From sequence record MT416612.2: a stretch of DNA of 32,000 nucleotides; one strand, written 5' to 3'. The notes below the pieces were generated by a model. That model saw only the letters and a list, made by a program, of their open reading frames with translations, made no database searches and was not told the DNA's origin. This stretch comes from Bacillus phage YungSlug. Shown here one piece after another: positions 23,563-31,938 of this stretch. Position 1 is the first letter of the stretch. Every line of letters starts with the position of its first letter. Both the position numbers and the translations under genes were made by a program.

Positions 23563-24151
23563 CAACAAAGAGAAGTTCATGGCTGATGGGAAAGAACCTC
23601 AACTAACAGTAGGTGGGCAAAAGGTAGGACGTATGCAACCTATCGAACCTAAAGAGACTGTTGTATTCAATCCAACTGCTAATCAAAGAACTATGCTAAA
23701 TGGCTTTGACCTTGGTGAAATTGTACAAATTAGTGCTAAAGTCGAGAATAAGTTAAACGAAATGTTTAATCATGAGCTTGACGACACTCTTGTAAAAGAG
23801 GTTGCTATGGTTCATAGTTACTTAGAACAATCTAGTGTTCATAGTGAAATCCGTGAGGATAACTTACTCATGACTGTAGCCTTTGTAGTTCTTTCTAAGC
23901 TACAATACAGTAAAGAAGGCACTTATGGTCGCTCTTGGTGTAAACGTGGCCAGCAAGATGTATTCTTTAACTTAGCTCGTAAGTTTGACCGTTTAGAAAA
24001 CATGATTTTAAATAACGCACAAGATGAAGTTGGAGAATCAACGGTTGATACTGTTGGTGACTTAACGAACTATGGTATGCTTTGGATGACATACTATATG
24101 CGTAACGACTATTCTGCTTTTGCGGATTGGATTAACAAAAATTTAAAATAA
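23555..24151 (+). CDS. DUF1599 / Nmad1-like (nucleotide modification associated) protein
   Basis: YGRSWCKRGQQDVFFNLARKFDRLENMI...DTVGDLTNYGMLW. Confidence 0.6.
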   Translation: MDNNKEKFMADGKEPQLTVGGQKVGRMQPIEPKETVVFNPTANQRTMLNGFDLGEIVQISAKVENKLNEMFNHELDDTLVKEVAMVHSYLEQSSVHSEIREDNLLMTVAFVVLSKLQYSKEGTYGRSWCKRGQQDVFFNLARKFDRLENMILNNAQDEVGESTVDTVGDLTNYGMLWMTYYMRNDYSAFADWINKNLK

Positions 24152-24186
24152 TTGTTGTTGGTTAGAAATTAATTTTGAAAGTCTGG

Positions 24187-24195
24187 TTTTATTAA
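24187..24195 (+). promoter_or_regulatory. recurrent TTTTATTA(A) element
   Basis: CTGGTTTTATTAAGG upstream of the HU-like gene. Confidence 0.35.
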
Positions 24196-24263
24196 GGTGT
24201 AAGGGTTAAGAAAGCTTAATCCTTCCCTATAAAATATACTTAAACTCTAGGAGGAAACACAAA

Positions 24264-24605
24264 ATGACAATCAACCAAAATAGCAAAGATGATTTAATCG
24301 ACTTAATGGCTTCAAAACAACTTGAGGAAAATGGTGAAAAATTACTTACTAAGAAACAATTAGCGAAAGCTATTGAGTTGTTTGAAGACTCTGTAGTTGA
24401 CATCCTTGCAAAAGGTGAAAAATTACAGTTAGTTGGCTTCCTATCTGTTGAACCAACTGGACGTTCTGCTCGTAAAGGACGTAACCCTCAAACTGGAGAA
24501 GAAATTCAAATTGAAGCTTCTGTATCTCCAAAAATCTCTGCTGGTAAGAGCTTGAAGAAAGCTACAAAAGGCTTAAACCCAGCTGACTTTATTAACAAAA
24601 AGTAA
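24264..24605 (+). CDS. HU/IHF-family DNA-binding protein (TF1-like)
   Basis: LTKKQLAKAIELFEDSVVDILAKGEKLQLVGFLSVEPTGRSARKGRNPQTGEEIQIEAS...PKISAGKSLKKA. Confidence 0.88.
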   Translation: MTINQNSKDDLIDLMASKQLEENGEKLLTKKQLAKAIELFEDSVVDILAKGEKLQLVGFLSVEPTGRSARKGRNPQTGEEIQIEASVSPKISAGKSLKKATKGLNPADFINKK

Positions 24606-24727
24606 TCTAACAAAGTAGCATAACTGGAACCAAAGACACGAACATTTTCAAGGTAACTGTAAGAGTGAGAACTTCAGTTACAAACTATTAACGATGTAAA
24701 CCTTCATGTTTTCATAGTATACGCTTA

Positions 24728-24761
24728 AAGAGTTGGGTGCGGAAACGCCCAGCTCTTTTTA
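24728..24761 (+). terminator. intrinsic terminator
   Basis: AGAGTTGGGTGCG-GAAA-CGCCCAGCTCTTTTT. Confidence 0.8.
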
Positions 24762-24792
24762 TGTTATTACGGATATTTTTTGTAGAACCTGG

Positions 24793-24801
24793 TTTTATTA
24801 G
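24793..24801 (+). promoter_or_regulatory. recurrent TTTTATTAG element
   Basis: CCTGGTTTTATTAGTTTGAAG upstream of the polymerase. Confidence 0.4.
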
Positions 24802-24826
24802 TTTGAAGAGTTAAAGGAGGATTGCT

Positions 24827-27502
24827 ATGGATTGTAGTAAATGTGACATTTCCAAAAATTGTAATTCTTGTCTAATGGGTACAGGCAAGAAGTCAGCCAA
24901 GATAATGTTTGTCGCTGATAATCCAACCTTTCAAGAGAGTGAAGAAGGAAGATGGATGGTTGGTAATGCTGGAAGGTTAATGCGTGGGGTGTTATCCCAA
25001 ATAGGAATTGACGCTGAGACTGATTGCTACTTTACTGGGATTGTTAAATGTCCAACTCCAGTAGACGATAAAGGGAATCACCTTCCACCCTCCAGAGAGG
25101 AAATTAAGAACTGTGAAGACTATCTAAACGCTGAAATAAAGATAGTTGACCCTGACATTATTGTTCCTCTAGGAAACGTTGCTTTAAAGCAATTACTAGG
25201 GTACACTGGAATAACAAAGTTCAGAGGTAAAGCGGTTGAGAAAAATGGAAGAATAGTCTTCCCAATAGTCCATCCCCAAACTCTGTTTCGACAGCCTGTT
25301 CATGCTAAGAACTTTACGACTGATATGGAGAACTTACAGAAGCTAGTTGAACTGGGTATGGATTACTTAACTAAGAAAGAAGTTAAATATGATTACTTAG
25401 AAGACTTTAACGAGGTTAAAGCGGAAATTGAAAGGCTGAACGAGGAAGCCGAATGGTTATGCTTTGACTTGGAGACCACTGGACTGAATCCTTATAAGAA
25501 GACTTCTAAGGTGGTCTGTATATCTATGACGGATAAAACGCACTATGGCGTTACGATTCCGTTGAGACATCGAGAGTTTACTTGGGTTGCGATGGAGTAC
25601 GATATGATTATTGGACTCTTAAAACAGCTCTTGGAAAACCCCAGAATTAAGAAGATGGGACATAATGGAAAGTTCGATATGAAGTGGGTGCTTGCCCACT
25701 ATGGAATTGATGTAGCAAGCTATAAGTTTGACCCAATGATTGCTCATTACTTAGCTGTAAGTGAAGAACGTGGTGGTCATGGTCTTAAAGACTTAGCTTG
25801 GGAGCATACCGATATGGGTGGTTATGATAATGACCTTGATGCTTATAAGGCTACGTTGCCTGAAGCAATCCGTCATAACTATGATAATATTCCTTGGGAA
25901 ATCCTAAGAGAGTATGCAGCTGCTGACGTTGACTGTACATTCCGTCTATTTAAAATCTTCAGACCTCTTATTGAAGCCAATCCAAAATGGGTTGAGTTAT
26001 TCGATATCTATATGGAAGCAAGTTATGCTTTGAGAGACATGGAACACGATGGAGCGTATATGAATCCAACCGTATTGGAATTATATGAAGAAGTGTATCC
26101 AAGACGTATAGAAGAGATTGAAGAGAAGTTAAGAGCGTTCCCAGAGGTTGTACAGATAGAACGTGAAAAGCAACATCTCTTTGAACTTAGAAAATTAGAA
26201 ATGAAGAAACCTAAAGATGACCGTGACCCAGCGATATTGAAATATAACAAGTTCAAAAACTTCCAGTTTAACTTTGGTTCACCTGCTCAGTTACGAGAGT
26301 TGTTATTTGACAAACTAGGTTTAGACACTCCTTTCTTAACTGATAAGGCAAAGAAACAAGGTAAAAAGAAAGAGGAAATAACGATTCAGGATATGTCCAC
26401 TGGAGCTGAAACGTTAGAATATCTGGAAGACAAACACGAGATAGCGAACTTGCTGTCAGAGTGGAGAAAGTTAGATAAGCTTTATGGAACGTATGTTGCT
26501 CCAGCGAAAGACTGGATAGGAATAGATGGACTTGTTCATCCAACCTTTAACCTTATTGGAACAGTAACATCTCGTTTAAGTTCTGAAAGTCCGAACGCCC
26601 AAAACTTCCCACGTAAATCAAATAACCCTTACGAGTTCCAGTATACGTATGGTGTTAAAAAGCTCTTTTCGAGTCGATTTGGAAGCGATGGAGTTATAAT
26701 CCAGTTTGACTACTCTCAGCTGGAATTAAGGGTTGCGGCAATCTTCTCTGGTGATGAGAACTTAATTAATGCATATAAGGCTGGAAAAGATATTCACATC
26801 TATGTTGCATCGAAAGTTCACAGAATTCCAGAGTCAGAAGTCACGGATGACCAACGTACAGCGGCAAAAGCAGTTGGTTTCGGACTCTTATATGGTAAAG
26901 GTGCTAGGTCACTTGCTCAAGATATGAAGTGTAGCTTAGAGGATGCTGAAGAGTTCATCAAGAAATACTTTGAAGAGTTCGGTGGAGTTAAGAAGTGGCT
27001 TGACGATACGAGAAAGAAAGTACAAGAAGACAAATATGTTGAAACTCTTGCTGGATTTAGAAGACGTTTGCCTGGTGTAGATAGCATTGACCGTGCTGTT
27101 AAAGCCGATAGTTTCCGTCAAGCGGTTAACAGTCCAATCCAAGGCTCTGGTTCAACTATGACGATTATGTCTATTATTATGATAAATAAACTATTTAAGA
27201 AACTGAAATTAAAATCGAAACTAATGATTACAGTACACGATAGTATTGTTGCTGATACTCATGTTTCTGAGATTGGAACGGTTTGGAAGATTATGAAAAA
27301 CGTTATGGAACAATTACCATTCGATTGGATTACAGTACCAATCGTTGCTGACGCTGAGATTGGAAGAGACTATGGAACTTTAGTAGGCTTTGATGACCCT
27401 TCTGTTGTAGATGCTTATGATGGTGATATATTCGCTTACATTGATGCGGAAGTAGAGAAAAAGAAAGCAAAAGACTTAGCAAAGGCTGGGAAGGTTGCAT
27501 GA
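24827..27502 (+). CDS. family-4-UDG-like domain fused to DNA polymerase I (3'-5' exonuclease + polymerase)
   Basis: N-terminus CSKCDISKNCNSC, EEGRWMVGNAGRLMRGVL, FTGIVKCPTP, FPIVHPQTLFRQP. Then FDLETTGLNP exonuclease motif; polymerase motifs FDYSQLELRVAA, RTAAKAVGFGLLYG, MITVHDSIVAD. Confidence 0.92.
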   Translation: MDCSKCDISKNCNSCLMGTGKKSAKIMFVADNPTFQESEEGRWMVGNAGRLMRGVLSQIGIDAETDCYFTGIVKCPTPVDDKGNHLPPSREEIKNCEDYLNAEIKIVDPDIIVPLGNVALKQLLGYTGITKFRGKAVEKNGRIVFPIVHPQTLFRQPVHAKNFTTDMENLQKLVELGMDYLTKKEVKYDYLEDFNEVKAEIERLNEEAEWLCFDLETTGLNPYKKTSKVVCISMTDKTHYGVTIPLRHREFTWVAMEYDMIIGLLKQLLENPRIKKMGHNGKFDMKWVLAHYGIDVASYKFDPMIAHYLAVSEERGGHGLKDLAWEHTDMGGYDNDLDAYKATLPEAIRHNYDNIPWEILREYAAADVDCTFRLFKIFRPLIEANPKWVELFDIYMEASYALRDMEHDGAYMNPTVLELYEEVYPRRIEEIEEKLRAFPEVVQIEREKQHLFELRKLEMKKPKDDRDPAILKYNKFKNFQFNFGSPAQLRELLFDKLGLDTPFLTDKAKKQGKKKEEITIQDMSTGAETLEYLEDKHEIANLLSEWRKLDKLYGTYVAPAKDWIGIDGLVHPTFNLIGTVTSRLSSESPNAQNFPRKSNNPYEFQYTYGVKKLFSSRFGSDGVIIQFDYSQLELRVAAIFSGDENLINAYKAGKDIHIYVASKVHRIPESEVTDDQRTAAKAVGFGLLYGKGARSLAQDMKCSLEDAEEFIKKYFEEFGGVKKWLDDTRKKVQEDKYVETLAGFRRRLPGVDSIDRAVKADSFRQAVNSPIQGSGSTMTIMSIIMINKLFKKLKLKSKLMITVHDSIVADTHVSEIGTVWKIMKNVMEQLPFDWITVPIVADAEIGRDYGTLVGFDDPSVVDAYDGDIFAYIDAEVEKKKAKDLAKAGKVA

Positions 27503-27615
27503 CCTTCTTAGCTTTCTCTTTAAATAGTAAATGTAGGAAATGTTCTTGGCATAGATTTACAGATAAACAAAAACTTAGTAGGATAATAATGAGGAGGAAA
27601 TATACATGTTACTAG
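27499..27615 (+). CDS. possible small Cys-containing peptide (38 aa)
   Basis: ATG overlaps the polymerase stop (ATGA); KCRKCSWH; weak. Confidence 0.25.
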   Translation: MTFLAFSLNSKCRKCSWHRFTDKQKLSRIIMRRKYTCY

Positions 27616-27782
27616 CTACGAAAGAATACAGAAAATTAACAAAACGTCAAAAGGATGGAGTGGTGATGTACAATGATAAACACAACGTTGTAATTAACTG
27701 CACTGAGAAGTTTGTTAAGTACTGGACTCAACTGGGCTTTAAGGTAATAGAGAGAAAACCTATTCGCTTGATTAAACGATAA
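27606..27782 (+). CDS. hypothetical small protein (58 aa)
   Basis: ATG 27606 preceded by GAGGAGG; MLLATKEYRKLTKRQKDGVV...; not in the supplied ORF track. Confidence 0.6.
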   Translation: MLLATKEYRKLTKRQKDGVVMYNDKHNVVINCTEKFVKYWTQLGFKVIERKPIRLIKR

Positions 27783-27801
27783 TTGCATATTAACATATTA
27801 A

Positions 27802-27829
27802 GAGCTGAGAAAATTTCTCAGCTTTTTTC
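27802..27829 (+). terminator. intrinsic terminator
   Basis: GAGCTGAGAAAATTTCTCAGCTTTTTTCT. Confidence 0.85.
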
Positions 27830-27862
27830 TTTGCATTCTTAGATAAAAATGTTGGAGCCTAC

Positions 27863-27871
27863 TTTTATTAG
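27863..27871 (+). promoter_or_regulatory. recurrent TTTTATTAG element
   Basis: CCTACTTTTATTAGTTTGAG upstream of ORF 27901. Confidence 0.4.
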
Positions 27872-27900
27872 TTTGAGTCGGTTAAGAAAGGAGCAAAGAG

Positions 27901-28422
27901 ATGGAGAATCTTGATTTTGGTTTGAAGGACTTGGACTTTCTAAAGTTTGCTATTAAGTTAGCGGATGGAACAACAAAATACTTTGATGTTTCTGATGAAC
28001 TCTTCATTAACGAAGATGACTTAAACAAGGCATTCATTGAACAGTCTGGAAAGTATGCTTGGTGGGGTGCCTTAGCTGAAACTGCAAAAGCTCACCGAGA
28101 AGAGATGGAGTTGCTAGAAGCAAAGGCTGAAGCTAATGCTGATAAAAAAGCTCGTGAAAGTTTACGAGAAGACGACATCAAAGTTACTGAAGCTGGAGTT
28201 AAACAACGCATGAAGCTTGACCCAGTTTTAGAGTTGGCTTCTAAAGCTGTTATTAAAGCGAAGAAGAACGAAAAGACTCTTGACAGAATTGTCAAAGCCT
28301 TTGAACATCGTAAAGATGCGTTGGTATCAATTTCTTATAATAACACCAAAGAGAAACAACAAATTAACAAAAGTGGTGAAGCTCGCTCATACGAGCGTCC
28401 AAATAATTTATCAACGAGATAA
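27901..28422 (+). CDS. hypothetical protein; possible recombination-mediator-like (gene order only)
   Basis: Helical, charged 173-aa ORF immediately upstream of the gp32-like SSB. Confidence 0.55.
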   Translation: MENLDFGLKDLDFLKFAIKLADGTTKYFDVSDELFINEDDLNKAFIEQSGKYAWWGALAETAKAHREEMELLEAKAEANADKKARESLREDDIKVTEAGVKQRMKLDPVLELASKAVIKAKKNEKTLDRIVKAFEHRKDALVSISYNNTKEKQQINKSGEARSYERPNNLSTR

Positions 28423-28431
28423 CAGGAGGAA

Positions 28432-29262
28432 TTGAATATGGCATTAAATTTTGATGAACTACGTAAGAAACTGACTGAAACAAAAGAGCGTGGAAATGGT
28501 GGAGGAGACATTAAGTACTGGAAGCCAAAAGATGGACGAAATGTAATTCGTATCTTACCAGCTGCTGACCGTGGTAATGGTTTCTATGCTGAAGGTAAAG
28601 TTCGATATAATGTTGGCCCAAACAAGCGTAAAGCTCGTGTACCTTTAGACCAAGATGAGAAATGTCCAATCAAAGACTTTGTTTCTGCTTTATATGCTAC
28701 TAAAGATGAAGCTGATAAAAAGTTAGCGAAGAAAATGGGCGTTCGTACTAATTACGCTTTCAACGTTATTGACCGCTCTGTTGAAGAAGGTCAAGAAGGG
28801 TATGGAGAGGTATTATTATATAATGCTAATGCTTCTGTATTCGAGGGTGTACTTACTATCTTGCTTGACCCAGATTATGGTGATTTCCTTGACCCAGAAA
28901 AAGGTCGTGATATTATCATCACTAAGACTGGTAAAGACCTTGAAACAAAGTACACTGTAAATGCTAGACCAAAAGAAGAACCAATTGGCATTGAGGATTG
29001 GGAAAAGAATCTTCATGACCTAGTTAAATTAACTGAGCCACACTCTTACGAGAAACGTGAGAAATTACTTTCTGGTGAAGATGATGGCGATGATGATTCT
29101 TCTAACGATAAGAAAGAGGAATCAAAAGAGGAGAAGAAACAAGAAACAAAGTCAACTCCTCCAGCTGACAAAGAAGAGAAAAAAGAGGAAGAAACAGAAA
29201 AGCCTGTTGACGAGTTAGAAGCTGAAATTGAAGCTATGTTAAAAGGTAAAAAGACAGAATAA
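28432..29262 (+). CDS. single-stranded DNA-binding protein (T4 gp32-like)
   Basis: IKYWKPKDGRNVIRILPA...CPIKDFV...NYAFNVIDR...GVLTILLDPDYGDFLDPEKGRDI plus acidic low-complexity C-terminal tail. Confidence 0.85.
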   Translation: MNMALNFDELRKKLTETKERGNGGGDIKYWKPKDGRNVIRILPAADRGNGFYAEGKVRYNVGPNKRKARVPLDQDEKCPIKDFVSALYATKDEADKKLAKKMGVRTNYAFNVIDRSVEEGQEGYGEVLLYNANASVFEGVLTILLDPDYGDFLDPEKGRDIIITKTGKDLETKYTVNARPKEEPIGIEDWEKNLHDLVKLTEPHSYEKREKLLSGEDDGDDDSSNDKKEESKEEKKQETKSTPPADKEEKKEEETEKPVDELEAEIEAMLKGKKTE

Positions 29263-29275
29263 TATAAAGCTCTTA

Positions 29276-29295
29276 AAGGGTGGTTCGCCACCCTT
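29276..29295 (+). terminator. hairpin (stable UUCG tetraloop), possible terminator
   Basis: AAGGGTGG-TTCG-CCACCCTT. Confidence 0.7.
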
Positions 29296-29322
29296 CTTAC
29301 TATTTCTTTGGAGGTTGGTTAA

Positions 29323-30360
29323 ATGGCTAGAAAAGAACGTGCTAAAAAGAAGGTTGAACAAGAGGAATTTGCTAATGATGACGAGATGTTAACATCCCTT
29401 ATAAACGATATGAATGGTGAGTTCAGTGAATCTACCATGATATTAGAGGGAACAACGAAAGGTCAGATTAATCTTCTTGTACCTTCTGGAAACCCTGCTC
29501 TGGATAAAGCTCTGGGTGGTGGATATCCTGCTGGACGAGTTGTTGAAATATATGGGCCAGAATCTAATGGTAAAACAACCGTTGCTTTACATGCTCTTGC
29601 TGAAACGCAAAAGCTAGGAGGTATTGCCGTATTCCTAGACACTGAACATGCTCTGGATAAAAGACGTGCGAAAGACATCGGGGTTGATGTCACACGTTTA
29701 ATGTATGCTCAACCAGAAACTATGGAGTTGACATTTAAGTACGTTGAACAACTTATAAAGAAAGTTAAGGAGAAACAGCCAGACCGACTTATCACTGTAG
29801 TTTGGGATTCTGTTGCCGCAACTCCTACTGAGAGTGAGGTTGAAGGTGAATATGGCGATGCTGTTATGGGTATTCACGCTCGTATTATGTCACAAGCATT
29901 CCGTAAAATTACTAAACAAATCTCAGAACATAACATCCTTCTTATCTGTATTAACCAGATTCGTGATAAAATGAATGTAAGTTACGGTGAGAAGAGTGAT
30001 ACATTTGGTGGTAGAGCGTTGAAGTTCTATTCTTCCATTCGTTTGGATGTACGTAAAGTTGGTACAGCAAAACGAGGAGACAAAGCTATTGGCATTCAGT
30101 GTAAAGCTACGACTAAGAAGAACAAAGTTGCACCACCTTTTGAAGTCGCTGAATTTAATATCTTGTTTGACCCTGAAAATGCTGGTATGGACTCGTATTC
30201 TGCTACTTTAGAGAATGCTCGTGAAGCTGGTATGTTTGGTAGCAAGAAGGGTTGGTTTGAGTACCAAGATAAGAACTGGCGTTTAGGTGATTTGATGAAA
30301 CACTTTAAAGAGAATGACGATGAATGGCAAGTTATTCTTGATACTTACATGTCATTATAA
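29323..30360 (+). CDS. recA: RecA-family recombinase
   Basis: GRVVEIYGPESNGKTT, AVFLDTEHALD, RLITVVWDSVAAT, ILLICINQIRDK, GGRALKFYSSIRLDVR. Confidence 0.95.
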   Translation: MARKERAKKKVEQEEFANDDEMLTSLINDMNGEFSESTMILEGTTKGQINLLVPSGNPALDKALGGGYPAGRVVEIYGPESNGKTTVALHALAETQKLGGIAVFLDTEHALDKRRAKDIGVDVTRLMYAQPETMELTFKYVEQLIKKVKEKQPDRLITVVWDSVAATPTESEVEGEYGDAVMGIHARIMSQAFRKITKQISEHNILLICINQIRDKMNVSYGEKSDTFGGRALKFYSSIRLDVRKVGTAKRGDKAIGIQCKATTKKNKVAPPFEVAEFNILFDPENAGMDSYSATLENAREAGMFGSKKGWFEYQDKNWRLGDLMKHFKENDDEWQVILDTYMSL

Positions 30361-30373
30361 GGTTGTAAAAGGA

Positions 30374-30400
30374 GAGTCTAAAAAGGCTCTCTTTTTTGTT
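30374..30400 (+). terminator. intrinsic terminator
   Basis: GAGAGTC-TAAAAA-GGCTCTCTTTTTT. Confidence 0.75.
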
Positions 30401-30440
30401 TGCATTCGTTGCATTTTCGAAAACTTTTTGTTTTTCAGCC

Positions 30441-30449
30441 TTTTATTAG
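30441..30449 (+). promoter_or_regulatory. recurrent TTTTATTAG element
   Basis: CAGCCTTTTATTAGTTTGAAAGG upstream of the exonuclease. Confidence 0.4.
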
Positions 30450-30470
30450 TTTGAAAGGAGCGATTAAGCG

Positions 30471-31454
30471 ATGGGAAAAATTAAACTGGTTTTAGACGGT
30501 AATAACACCGCATACCGTGCACGTTCAACGGTAACTTTAAAGACGAAACAAGGGGAGGATGTAAGTGCTATCTTTGGTACTTTAAAAATCCTTGAGAGTT
30601 ACCTGAAACCGACACGTGGTGGTTGGAAAAATAAAATTCTAGATGCTGTTCAAGATGCTAGACTGAACCGCACTATTGGATTTGATGAGGTTGTAGCTTG
30701 TTGGGATGGTGGAAAGAGTGTATTCCGTAAAGCATTCTACCCTGAATATAAAGCTCATCGAGAAAAGAAACGAAAAGAATATACTCCAGAGGAGCAAGCT
30801 TCATACTATGCTTTCCTTGACCAAATGGAGGAAATGCATGAAGTATTAAATATGTTTGGAGTTCGTTCTCTGAAAGTGAAAGGTTGGGAAGCGGATGACT
30901 TAATGTGTTCTGTTGCTAAGTTGAAAGCTCCTGATGATGTTGTTATCTTAGTATCTACTGACCGAGATATGTTACAACTAGTAGATGAGAACGTTTATGT
31001 ATGGTCTCCAATTAAAGAGGTTCTTGTCACTCCTAAAAACTTTGCTGAGTTTACTGGTCTGACGAAAGAAACATACTTACCGTTCCGAGCAATGGTTGGT
31101 GACTCATCGGATAACATCATTGGGGTTCAAGGTATTGGTGATAAGAAGGGTAAAGACTTAATGTACAAGTATAAGAGCTTAGAAGGCATCAAGGAGAACC
31201 AAGCTAAACTTTCTGAGTCAAAAGTCTTTGTCCGTATCTTTGAAGATGACATGGCCATTGTAAACCGTAATTTAAGATTAATGGACTTGAATAAAGTTCC
31301 TTTTGAAGAGATTCAAGACTATGTAACTTGTGAATTAAACAAGAGTGTGAAGTACCAAGCTGAATTTGTAAGAACATTCTTTATGTCAAAACAATTCATC
31401 AGTATCTTGAAAGACTTTGCTACTTGGTCTCTACCATTCCAAAACTTAAAATAA
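30471..31454 (+). CDS. 5'-3' exonuclease / flap endonuclease (T5 FEN/RNase H-like)
   Basis: LVLDGNNTAYRARS, VVACWDGGKSVFRKAFYPEYKAHR, VKGWEADDLM, ILVSTDRDMLQLV, MVGDSSDNIIGVQGIGDKKG. Confidence 0.92.
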   Translation: MGKIKLVLDGNNTAYRARSTVTLKTKQGEDVSAIFGTLKILESYLKPTRGGWKNKILDAVQDARLNRTIGFDEVVACWDGGKSVFRKAFYPEYKAHREKKRKEYTPEEQASYYAFLDQMEEMHEVLNMFGVRSLKVKGWEADDLMCSVAKLKAPDDVVILVSTDRDMLQLVDENVYVWSPIKEVLVTPKNFAEFTGLTKETYLPFRAMVGDSSDNIIGVQGIGDKKGKDLMYKYKSLEGIKENQAKLSESKVFVRIFEDDMAIVNRNLRLMDLNKVPFEEIQDYVTCELNKSVKYQAEFVRTFFMSKQFISILKDFATWSLPFQNLK

Positions 31455-31463
31455 GAGAGGGTT

Positions 31464-31910
31464 ATGAAAATTATGATTATGACAACTGAAACTATCTTTG
31501 ATGTATACAAAAATGAATTAAGTGCTTATGTGTGTAAGGATAAATTACCAAACGGTGCTGTTCTTCACTTAGCTCGTTTAGGTGAATCTGAGGTTTACAT
31601 TGGTACTCTGACTTGCTTTAACAAAGAAGGACTAAAAGACGAACGTGCTTTACCATTCCAAACTTTCATTAACGTTGTTAACCAATTAGAAAACTTCCTT
31701 GGAAACTACAAGAATACAGCTTACACTGGACGAGTAATTGGTTGGAATCCGACAGAGAAAGTGAAAGATTTCTTATATGAGAAGAAAGTTCACCGTGTAT
31801 TCTTCATTAGACGTGCTGATGTTTTCCGCTTCTTAGAAGAGTATACTGGGAAGGAAGCCACTTTTGAACGCTCTCAGTTCGATGTAAACATGGCTTTAAC
31901 GTTTAGTTAA
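31464..31910 (+). CDS. hypothetical protein (148 aa)
   Basis: Complete ORF with RBS GAGAGG. Confidence 0.6.
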   Translation: MKIMIMTTETIFDVYKNELSAYVCKDKLPNGAVLHLARLGESEVYIGTLTCFNKEGLKDERALPFQTFINVVNQLENFLGNYKNTAYTGRVIGWNPTEKVKDFLYEKKVHRVFFIRRADVFRFLEEYTGKEATFERSQFDVNMALTFS

Positions 31911-31938
31911 GTAAAACTATTAGGAGGGTTTAAAAGAT

